Below, one piece after another: positions 1-6,389 of a DNA stretch of 10,592 nt. Origin of the DNA: Candidatus Methylomirabilia bacterium (GTDB lineage Bacteria > Methylomirabilota > Methylomirabilia > Rokubacteriales > CSP1-6); contig JBGPXN010000159.1 in assembly GCA_041492755.1 (NCBI GenBank), forward strand, positions 1 through 10,592, read 5' to 3'. The stretch's first letter is position 1; every line of letters begins with the position of its first letter. The notes under the pieces were generated by a model. The model had not been told where the DNA came from and did not search any database. It saw nothing but the letters and a program-made list of their open reading frames with translations. Position numbers and translations under genes: made by a program.

Positions 1-544
1 TGAGGACAAGGAACTTGGTATCGAACTTCTCCTTCAGCTCGCGCTGCCACTGGAAGGCGAGGTTCGCGGGGCAGACGATCAGGATGCGCTCGGCGAGGCC
101 GCGCAGCTCGAGCTCTCGGATGAGCAGGCCCGCCATGATGGTCTTGCCCGCGCCGGCGGCGTCGGCCAGCAGGAAGCGCACGCGCGCGAGCTTGAGCAGG
201 TGGTCGTAGACCGCCTCGAGCTGGTGCGGTAACGGGTCCACGCGCGAGATCGAAAGCCCGAAGTAGGGATCGAACTCGTAGGCGATGCCGAGCGCGTAGG
301 CCTGGAGACCAAGCCGCAACAGGCGGCCGTCGCCGCCGAAAGAGTGCTCCGCGTCGAGGACGGTGAGGCGCTCGAGATCGGCCGCGGTCAGCGTGACCTT
401 GCGGAACCGCTCGGACTGCGTCCCCACCAGACCGACCACCCAGCTCACCGGGCCGTTGGCCAGCACGGTCTCGACTCGCATGGGCTCGTTGAAGAGGGAG
501 CCAGTGAGGATCTGGCCCGGGCTGACGGGAGGCAAGCGAGTCAT
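1..544 (-). CDS. SNF2/SWI2-family (SF2) helicase, N-terminal 181 codons; runs off the left edge of the window
   Basis: Manual translation from ATG 544: MTRLPPVSPGQILTGSLFNEPMRVETV...AYEFDPYFGLSISRVDPLPHQLEAVYDHLLKLARVRFLLADDAGAGKTIMAGLLIRELELRGLAERILIVCPANLAFQWQRELKEKF. Contains the Q motif (PLPHQ), motif I (LLADDAGAGKT) and motif Ia (LIVCPANL..QW..EL). Absent from the ORF track because it has no stop in the window. Confidence 0.95.
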   Translation of the reverse strand, partial: MTRLPPVSPGQILTGSLFNEPMRVETVLANGPVSWVVGLVGTQSERFRKVTLTAADLERLTVLDAEHSFGGDGRLLRLGLQAYALGIAYEFDPYFGLSISRVDPLPHQLEAVYDHLLKLARVRFLLADAAGAGKTIMAGLLIRELELRGLAERILIVCPANLAFQWQRELKEKFDTKFLVL

Positions 545-589
545 CGGAAGCGCGTCCGCTGGACTGCGTTGTTCTGCGGCCCGAGTGCG

Positions 590-999
590 CTACGGTGCGG
601 CCTTCTGGACCAGCTTCCCATCTCTGATGTCGTAGGCCTTGAAGACCGAGACGCTTCCCTCAATCAGCTCGTGAAGGTTCTTGATGGCCTTCAGCGCTGC
701 AGCCTCTCCGCTGCCTTCCCACCTTCATCCGTAATCAGACCAACCCGCGCCAGAAAGCGTGCGATGGCGCTCACCTCCACGTACTCAAGCTGGTCCAGGG
801 CTGCTCCGCTGGGCACCTGAACGCCCGCGCCAACGGCAACTCGGAGGGCTGATCGCAAGGCATCCTTCAGAATCCGCTCACCGACAATGCCACACATTGC
901 CACGCAAGCGTAGAAGTGCGCGTGGACGTACGTCTCACGAGCCTCCGCCAGGAGGTTGGTGTACTCACCCGGCGGATGAACGACCACGGGTGGGAGCCG
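590..999 (-). pseudogene. Disrupted all-helical HEPN/DUF4145-like protein (5'-truncated; internal frameshift/deletion near 698)
   Basis: Frame 1 (691-987): LLAEARETYVHAHFYACVAMCGIVGERILKD...GKAAERL, resembling the HEPN/DUF4145 first helices. A second frame continues ALKAIKNLHELIEGSVSVFKAYDIRDGKLVQKAAP to TAG at 590-592. GC is lower (36/60 at 661-720 versus 52/60 at 1021-1080). The family call is by pattern only. Confidence 0.55.
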
Positions 1000-1055
1000 A
1001 GGGCCTGCTCGACCGCCTGGGCTCCGAGCTGGGCCTCGCGCCGGCGGCGGCCTGA
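990..1055 (+). pseudogene. Possible orphan 3' tail of a plus-strand gene (VGAEGLLDRLGSELGLAPAAA*)
   Basis: About 20 codons with strong GC3 bias and a protein-like amphipathic tail ending at TGA 1053-1055. It converges on the radical SAM stop at 1099 and has no credible 5' part. Confidence 0.35.
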
Positions 1056-1098
1056 GCCCCCGCGCCGGAGGCGCGCCCTCAGTCGCCGCCGCGCGGCG

Positions 1099-1603
1099 TC
1101 ACCGCGGGACGCCGGCGCCTTCGATGCAGGCTTCGCACACGGTGCCCCGAACGTCGCGCGCAAGGTGCGCCGCCCGCAACCGCTGAAAAGGCTCGCTGTT
1201 CCAGGCCTCCAGGAAGCGGACGCGGGAGAGGTCGCCCATCGTGAACGTCTCGGACGGATCCCAGCAACATGCGCTCAGCCGTCCGTCAGAGGTGATGTGG
1301 GCCTGGGTGAACAGCGACCAGCACGGCAGCGGCTCGCGTTGGCGTCCAATCCGGCCGACGGCACCGCGGGCCGCCGGCGGCCCGTCGGTGGAGCCGCCGG
1401 CGTGACCGTGAAGCGGTAGGAGATAGGACTCGTCAACGTACGGGGCCAGCACTCGCAGCACCGGCTCCATCCGCGCCTCAGAAGCAGCTGAAGTCGCAGC
1501 GGGACGTCAGCTCTATCTTCACCGCCGCTGGGGCCGGCACGATCGGGGTCAGGCGCTCGGGCGCGAGCCCGGTGATCGCGTCGATGCGCTCGGTAATCCC
1601 CAT
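1099..1603 (-). pseudogene. Radical SAM/SPASM-domain protein with a large internal deletion and frameshift
   Basis: RBS GAGGAGG then ATG 1603: MGITERIDAITGLAPERLTPIVPAPAAVKIELTSRCDFSCF* (TGA 1478-1480). The CxxxCxxC motif is cut after the second Cys. Immediately in another frame: EARMEPVLRVLAPYVDESYLLPL...LPCWSLFTQAHITSDGRLSACCWD...GDL..VRFLEAWNSEPFQRLRAAHL..VCEAC, a SPASM/twitch domain. The TIM-barrel core is absent. Confidence 0.85.
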
Positions 1604-1613
1604 CGCTTCCTCC

Positions 1614-2996
1614 TCAGCCGCGGATGCGGTCGGGACTCCACGGCGGATCGAAGGTGAGCGTGACGTCGACGCCGGTCACGCCGGGCACGCGCCCGACGGC
1701 CTCGCGGACCCACGCGGGCATCACGTCGTGGATTGAGCAACCCGGCGCGGTCAGCGTCATCGTGACGGCGACGCGACCGCCCGTGACCTCGATGTCGTAG
1801 ACGAGACCGAGATCCACGATCGACATTCCCAGCTCGGGATCGAACACGGTGCACAGCGCGGCGGTCACCTCCGCGAGGGAGATCGGCGCCGTCACGGCCT
1901 CGGCGCCGCCGCTGATCGCGGGGACGGGTCGCCGCGGGCCGGGCTCGTAGGCGCACCCGGGATCCTCCGCGAGCGGATCGCCGGTGAGGGCCCACGCGCG
2001 CGCCCGGCTGCCGCCGCAGGCGTGACGGTGCTCGCACAGACCACAGCGCCCGCCGAGGCGGTCGGGATCGCGCAGCGCCCGGAACAGCCGGTGCTCGCGG
2101 TACACGTCCACGAGATCGTCGTCGCGGACGTTTCCCGCCGGCCAGGGCAGGAAGCCGCTCGGGCAGATGGTGCCGCGGTGGTCAACGAACAGGAAGCCAT
2201 TCCCGTCGGTCACCGCGCGGCCCGCCCGTCCGATCCGATCGGCGCGAGGGGCGGCGCGACCGACGTCGTCGCCCCGTCGCCGCGCCGCCCGCACCCGGTG
2301 ATACTGCGGAGCCTCCGTGGTCTTGATCCCGAACGGCACCCGGTCCGCGAGGGTGGCCACCCATTCGAGGACGACCTCGACGTCGGCGGCCGCGAGCGCC
2401 TCCACCGCGCGGCCGCGCCCGATCGGGATCAGGAAGAAGAGCGCCCACAGGACGACCCCGAAGGCCTCGACCTGCTCGGCCAGCGCGGGCAGCTCGGCGA
2501 GCGTCGTGCGGCACACGGTGCTGTTGATCTGCAGCGGGATGCCGAGCATGCGCGCGCGCTCGATGATGCGCAGCGTGTGACGGTGAGAGCCGCGCACGCC
2601 CCGGAAGTCGTCGTGGACCTCGGCGCTCGCCCCGTCGAGGCTCACGGCGAGCCGGGCCAGCCCCGCGTCGCGGAGCACCCGCAGCCGCGGCTCGGTGACC
2701 GCCGCCGTGCCACTGGGAGTCAGCGACACCTGCAGCCCGCGCGCGGTGCCGTACTCCACCAGCGTTTCGATGTCCGGCCGCCGGAGCGGATCGCCGCCCG
2801 TGAGGACGAGCAACGGCGGCGGATCGCCGAAAGCTCGGACCCCGTCGACCAGGGCGCGGCCCTCGTCCGTCGTCAGCTCGCCGGGATCGCGCCACGGGAT
2901 GGCCTCCGCGCGGCAGTGCACGCACGCGAGCGCGCAGGCCCGGGTCGTCTCCCAGACGACGATGAAGGGCGCGCGCGCGAAGCTCGACGCGATCAC
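1614..2996 (-). CDS. NirJ/AhbD-like radical SAM/SPASM protein (TIGR04053-like) fused to a C-terminal DUF59 (SufT/PaaD-like Fe-S assembly) domain, 460 aa
   Basis: GTG 2996 overlaps the upstream TGA (GTGA). Motifs: WETTRACALACVHCRAEA (CxxxCxxC), LTGGDPL, SLDGA..HD.FRG, SPASM ICPSGFLP...GRCGLCEHRHACGGSRARA...EDPGC, then DUF59 V.DPELGMSIVDLGLVY...MTLTAPGC...FDPPWSPDRI. The ORF-track extension to 3581 is out-of-frame overlap with the upstream gene. Confidence 0.9.
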   Translation of the reverse strand: MIASSFARAPFIVVWETTRACALACVHCRAEAIPWRDPGELTTDEGRALVDGVRAFGDPPPLLVLTGGDPLRRPDIETLVEYGTARGLQVSLTPSGTAAVTEPRLRVLRDAGLARLAVSLDGASAEVHDDFRGVRGSHRHTLRIIERARMLGIPLQINSTVCRTTLAELPALAEQVEAFGVVLWALFFLIPIGRGRAVEALAAADVEVVLEWVATLADRVPFGIKTTEAPQYHRVRAARRRGDDVGRAAPRADRIGRAGRAVTDGNGFLFVDHRGTICPSGFLPWPAGNVRDDDLVDVYREHRLFRALRDPDRLGGRCGLCEHRHACGGSRARAWALTGDPLAEDPGCAYEPGPRRPVPAISGGAEAVTAPISLAEVTAALCTVFDPELGMSIVDLGLVYDIEVTGGRVAVTMTLTAPGCSIHDVMPAWVREAVGRVPGVTGVDVTLTFDPPWSPDRIRG

Positions 2997-3954
2997 GACG
3001 CCCGCTCCACCGCGACCGCCGCCCGGGCGCGCGCGAGCGGACACGCCATCCGATGGTGGAGCACGCGCGCGAGGGTGGCGGCGAACGCGAGGGCGCCCGC
3101 GGCGACGAAGAATCCCGCCATGCGGATCCACGCGGGCTCGCCGGCGAGCGCGGCCGCGGCGAGCGCGGCGACGCCGGTGAGCAGCAGGGCATACGTCGAC
3201 GCCTCCGCGCGCGACGACGGGAGCTGCGCGAGCGTGGGCACGGGCGCGCGGCCCACGCGCGGGGCGTACACGGACTGCCACACGAGGAAGGGAACGATCT
3301 TCAGGAGCATCCCGACGATCGTGAGCGAGAGCCAGCCGCCGAGCACGGTGACCATGTAGGCGAGCGCCGGCCGCGGCCCGGCGAGGAGGCCGGTGGCAAC
3401 GCCGAGGCCGAGCGCCGTCGCGGGCACCAGGAACGCGCTGCCGGTGATCACGAAGCGAAGCCCCCAGTCGAGCGCGGGCCGCTTCCGGCCGCCGATCATC
3501 TCGAGGACCCACACGCGGTGAACGTCCAGCGGGGCAGATCGCGCAGGCGGCGCCCGACGTTGACGACGTGCGCGAGAACACCCAGGGCGATCAGCGCCGC
3601 GCTCCAGGCGAGTCCCGGCCACTGCGCGATGAAGAAGTGGCCGACCATGCCGACCGCGCCCGCCACGAACGCAAGGAACTGCCAGCGCGCCAGCCGCTCG
3701 CTCCAGAGGGGCCGTTCCAGCACGATGGGCACGATCTGGTAGCTCGCGCCCATGATGGTGAGCGTGATCCAGCCGAGCGTGACCGTGTGCGCCAGCGCGA
3801 GCACGTGCGGATGGTAGTAGTGACCGCTCAGCGCCTCGGCGAGCCACGGCACGGCCACCGCGGCGGCGACGAAGGCGATCACCGCCGTGACCAGGTATCG
3901 CAGCGGCAGCCCCACAGGCGTGCGCCGCGCGGCGGGCGCCCCGGGCGCGGTCAC
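2993..3954 (-). pseudogene. Polytopic membrane protein (His-containing, NnrS / heme-copper-oxidase-subunit-I-like, DUF2249-associated), frameshifted near 3513
   Basis: N-half from GTG 3954 (GTGA overlap): PLRYLVTAVIAF...HVLALAHTVTLGWITLTIMGASYQIVPIVLERPLWSERLA...RWTFTA. C-half in another frame: WVLEMIGGRKRPALDWGLRF...GGWLSLTIVGMLLKIVPFLVW...APVPTLAQL to TGA 2993. Both halves have serial hydrophobic helices and a repeated GW-x6-G-x4-IVP motif. Confidence 0.8.
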
Positions 3955-4775
3955 GCGCGCGCTCCCGCCGGCGGCGCGCAGATCCGGATGCGCACGAGGC
4001 CGGGCGCCGGCTCCTCGGTCTCGTGCGTGAAGCCGCGCTCGTCGAGCTGCGGGTAGAGAAAGAGCGGGCGCCGGTCGTGCAGGACGGTCAGCTCCCCGCC
4101 GGGCGGCAGCGCGGACAAACGCTCGAGCACTCTCACCATCGGCTGCGGCGGCTCGAGGCCGCGGACGTCCAGCGTGGGCACGGCACGCGGCTCCGCGCGT
4201 CGGGCCGGCGTGACGACCCCGGCGGCCCCGCGATAGAACCAGGCCGACCAGTCCTCGGCGGCGTGGCGCTCCGTCCAGTGCGCGAAGCCGCGCCGGCCCA
4301 GCACGTCGTAGAGCGGGATCGGCTCGAACGGCGCCCGCAGCACCAGCACCTCGCCCTCGCCGAATCGCTTGACCGCGGCCATGATCCGGGCGAACGGCTC
4401 GAGGCCGCGGGCGATGTCCTCCCGCACGTCGAGCGTGACGACGCGCGATGGCGGCACCTCCGCGAGCGCCGGCGGCTTCTCCGCCGGCACGAACCCGCTG
4501 CTTTCACTGGCGCCGCGGGCACGGGGGGCCATCGCCGCCGGGCCGGCGACCGCGGCGTCCGGCTCGCCCGCCGCGCGACGGAGCGCGGCGACCAGCGCGT
4601 CGGGCTCGATGCCGGCGATGCGGGCGGCCTGGGCCACGGTCACCCGCGGCGCCATGACCTTCCTGAGGAGCCGGTTGCGCAGATGCTTGAAATGCGGATG
4701 CGCGCGGACCAGCGCCTCCAGCGCCTCCGGGTGCTCCTCGAGGAGCCGCGCCACCGTGACGTCCGCGGAGATCAC
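3951..4775 (-). CDS. DUF1858-like N-terminal domain plus two DUF2249 (TusA/SirA-like) domains, 274 aa
   Basis: GTG 4775 overlaps TGA 4772-4774. N-terminal ISADVTVARLLEEHPEALEALV..HPHFKHLRNRLLRKVMAPRVTVAQAARIAGI; DUF2249 #1 LDVREDIARGLEPFARIMAAV...APFEPIPLYDVLGRRGF; DUF2249 #2 LDVRGLEPPQPMVRVLERL...HDRRPLFLYPQLDERGF. Confidence 0.88.
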   Translation of the reverse strand: MISADVTVARLLEEHPEALEALVRAHPHFKHLRNRLLRKVMAPRVTVAQAARIAGIEPDALVAALRRAAGEPDAAVAGPAAMAPRARGASESSGFVPAEKPPALAEVPPSRVVTLDVREDIARGLEPFARIMAAVKRFGEGEVLVLRAPFEPIPLYDVLGRRGFAHWTERHAAEDWSAWFYRGAAGVVTPARRAEPRAVPTLDVRGLEPPQPMVRVLERLSALPPGGELTVLHDRRPLFLYPQLDERGFTHETEEPAPGLVRIRICAPPAGARA

Positions 4776-5239
4776 ATCGACGCCGCCTTCGCGGCGATGG
4801 CGGCGTCGAGCGCGTCGATCAGCTCGGCCGGATCGACACCGGCGGTGGCCGCCGCCTCGGCCAGGGTCAGATGCGCGCCACAGCAATGGTTGATCTCCAG
4901 CCGCTGCAGCACCGGCAGCGCGTGCGGCCACCGCTGCATGACCTCGCTGACCGGCGTGGCCGGCGTGACGGCAGCGCCGCCGGCGGTCCTGGTGATCTCG
5001 ACCCGCCAGACCTCCGGCCCTTGCTCGAGATAGCGCCAGCCGAACGTGGTGGGCCGCTCGAAGGCGAACTGGTACCGGAGCGGCCTGGGATCGTGGTCGT
5101 TCACGAGCACGAACGCGGCGCCGGGCGCCAGGGCATCGAACGTCTCGAAGATCTTCGGGTGCCGGAACCGGGGCGCGAGATCGCGGACGTCGAGCACGGG
5201 GGACGACACGTGACCGGAGCAGGAGCAGGTCTCAGCCAT
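4772..5239 (-). CDS. DUF2249 domain plus ScdA_N/DUF542 (RIC/YtfE N-terminal-like) domain protein, 155 aa
   Basis: RBS GGGAGGA (5246-5252) is correctly spaced for ATG 5239. LDVRDLAPRFRHPKIFETFDAL.PG..FVLVNDHDPRPLRYQF...YLEQGPEVWRVEI is DUF2249; LEINHCCGAHLTLAEAA...GVDPAELIDAL matches the ScdA_N CCG motif. Confidence 0.88.
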   Translation of the reverse strand: MAETCSCSGHVSSPVLDVRDLAPRFRHPKIFETFDALAPGAAFVLVNDHDPRPLRYQFAFERPTTFGWRYLEQGPEVWRVEITRTAGGAAVTPATPVSEVMQRWPHALPVLQRLEINHCCGAHLTLAEAAATAGVDPAELIDALDAAIAAKAASM

Positions 5240-5259
5240 CGCCATTCCTCCCACGCCCG

Positions 5260-5302
5260 AGGATACGGACGGCGCGCGTCCGGCCGTATGACGCCCGTCA
5301 TA
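5260..5302 (-). promoter_or_regulatory. Class II Crp/Fnr-type activated promoter: palindrome TATGAC-GCCC-GTCATA (5287-5302) and -10 TATCCT (5265-5260)
   Basis: Perfect 6-bp inverted repeat with Crp/Fnr geometry (TGA-N6-TCA). Its centre at 5294.5 lies 41.5 bp from a TSS inferred at about 5253 from the -10 hexamer. A Crp/Fnr gene lies directly upstream. Confidence 0.8.
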
Positions 5303-5447
5303 GGGCCTGGTGGACGAGCGCGGGCCACGCCGGCCCGCGAGTTCTCGAGCGAGCGCGCTGCGAACGGCGGCACCAGCGAGCGGCGGCACGCGGCCTACGG
5401 GCGCCGGGCGACGACGCGATGCGCGAAGCGGAGCCAGGCTCGCGCGG

Positions 5448-6149
5448 TCATTCCTCCACGCCCTCGGCGAGCATCCGCAGTGCGGCGACGTCCTCGAGCA
5501 CCAGCCGGCGCCCGTCGTCGGACACCAGCCCGTCCTTGATCCAGCGGCTCACGACGCGAATCGTGGTCTCCACCGTCGTGCCCGTCATGTCGGCAAGACT
5601 CTGCCGCGTCAGATGGAAGGGCAGCGCGGCGCCGTCGGCGGCGCGCACGCCCTCACGCTCGACGAGGCGGAGCAGCGCGGCGGCGAGCCGCGCCTCCACG
5701 GGATCGACGGCGAGCGACTTCACGGAGTCATGGGCGGCGCGCAGCCGCCGGCCCATCAGGAGCGCCATCTCGCGAATGACCGACGGGTAGCGATCGGCCA
5801 GCGCACGCACCGCGTCGCCGGGAAGCTTGAGGACGACGCTGGTCTCGGACGCCTGGGCCGACGCCGGGTACGGGCGCTGCTCGATCACCGCGACGCCGCC
5901 GAAGACCTCGCCGGGGCCGAGCAGCTCGAGCACGACGTCGCGGCCCGCACGACCGTGCCGGACGATGCGGACGCGGCCCGACTTCACCACGCACAGCCAG
6001 TGCGCGGGATCGCCTTCCATGAAGACGTAGTCGCGCGCCCGGATCCGCTCCTCACGCGCCCTCGTGCCCAGCGCATCGACCTCGCGAGCGGGGAGCCCGG
6101 CGAACACCGGGTTGGCGCGAAGAAACGCACTCGCTACGGGCGCTGCCAT
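5448..6149 (-). CDS. Crp/Fnr-family transcriptional regulator (Dnr/HcpR-like; no FNR Cys cluster), 233 aa
   Basis: cNMP-binding-like domain (VFMEGDPA...VKSGRVRI...LLGPGEVFGGVAV..RPYPASAQA), dimerisation helix (VEARLAAALL) and HTH LTRQSLADMTGTTVETTIRVVSRW. Confidence 0.95.
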   Translation of the reverse strand: MAAPVASAFLRANPVFAGLPAREVDALGTRAREERIRARDYVFMEGDPAHWLCVVKSGRVRIVRHGRAGRDVVLELLGPGEVFGGVAVIEQRPYPASAQASETSVVLKLPGDAVRALADRYPSVIREMALLMGRRLRAAHDSVKSLAVDPVEARLAAALLRLVEREGVRAADGAALPFHLTRQSLADMTGTTVETTIRVVSRWIKDGLVSDDGRRLVLEDVAALRMLAEGVEE

Positions 6150-6158
6150 GCGGGCTCG

Positions 6159-6168
6159 ATCGTATCAT
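6159..6168. promoter_or_regulatory. Overlapping divergent -10 elements: extended -10 TGATACGAT on the minus strand (6167-6159) and TATCAT on the plus strand (6163-6168)
   Basis: AT-rich island in GC-rich DNA. The minus-strand element lies 9 nt before the Crp ATG, which has no Shine-Dalgarno, consistent with a leaderless transcript. Confidence 0.5.
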
Positions 6169-6295
6169 CAGCGTGCCACGCCGTCCCCGGGGCGCGGGCG
6201 CACGCGCGGGGTGGGGCGCCTGCGCCGGGGCGCGCTGCTGTTGTCCGCTCGGAGAGCCGGAAGGGGAATCGCCGGAGTCCTGAACACGCCCCGCG

Positions 6296-6320
6296 GCCCG
6301 CGCGCGGTTCACGCGCGGGC
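6296..6320. other. Perfect 9-bp GC hairpin GCCCGCGCG-cggttca-CGCGCGGGC
   Basis: Inverted repeat read directly from the sequence. There is no U-tract, so a terminator role is uncertain. Confidence 0.45.
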
Positions 6321-6337
6321 ACGGCGTCGACGCCGCG

Positions 6338-6389
6338 TTGACCGGCACCGCGCGTCGGTGCGATGCTGCGGCGATGTTTCCGCAGCGTC
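6338..6389 (+). promoter_or_regulatory. Candidate promoter (-35 TTGACC at 6338-6343) and 10-bp inverted repeat (6362-6371 / 6380-6389) before the patB RBS
   Basis: TTGACC, then a weak TGcGATGCT extended -10 at 18-bp spacing. GATGCTGCGG-N8-CCGCAGCGTC has one G-U pair. RBS GGAGGAG at 6394-6400. Confidence 0.4.

Noticed and set aside
1478..1480. TGA as selenocysteine or readthrough within the radical SAM motif
   Set aside because: TGA falls one codon before the third-Cys position, the continuation in that frame is not radical-SAM-like, and the SPASM part is in a different frame with the core missing.
1099..2996. RiPP cluster (radical SAM/SPASM with precursor peptide)
   Set aside because: No precursor peptide, PqqD/RRE domain, peptidase or exporter seen; the intact enzyme resembles tetrapyrrole-acting NirJ/AhbD.
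3496..3520. Programmed ribosomal frameshift in the membrane protein (also considered near 698 and 8836)
   Set aside because: No slippery heptamer or homopolymer run, and sequence appears to be missing at the joins, which fits deletion better.
2997..3581. 195-aa N-terminal extension of the radical SAM ORF in the track
   Set aside because: Low-complexity off-frame reading of the membrane protein gene; the GTGA overlap at 2996 is the coherent start.
2022..5539. Long plus-strand ORFs (2022-3359, 3053-3742, 4023-5033, 4871-5539, etc.)
   Set aside because: Antisense shadows of GC3-biased minus-strand genes; Arg/Ala/Pro-rich with no motifs.
6245..6290. GGAGAG...GAAGG resembling a glycine riboswitch, or a SAM riboswitch expected before patB
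   Set aside because: The downstream CTCAGG core and the SAM-I conserved elements are not present; a covariance-model (Rfam) search would be needed.
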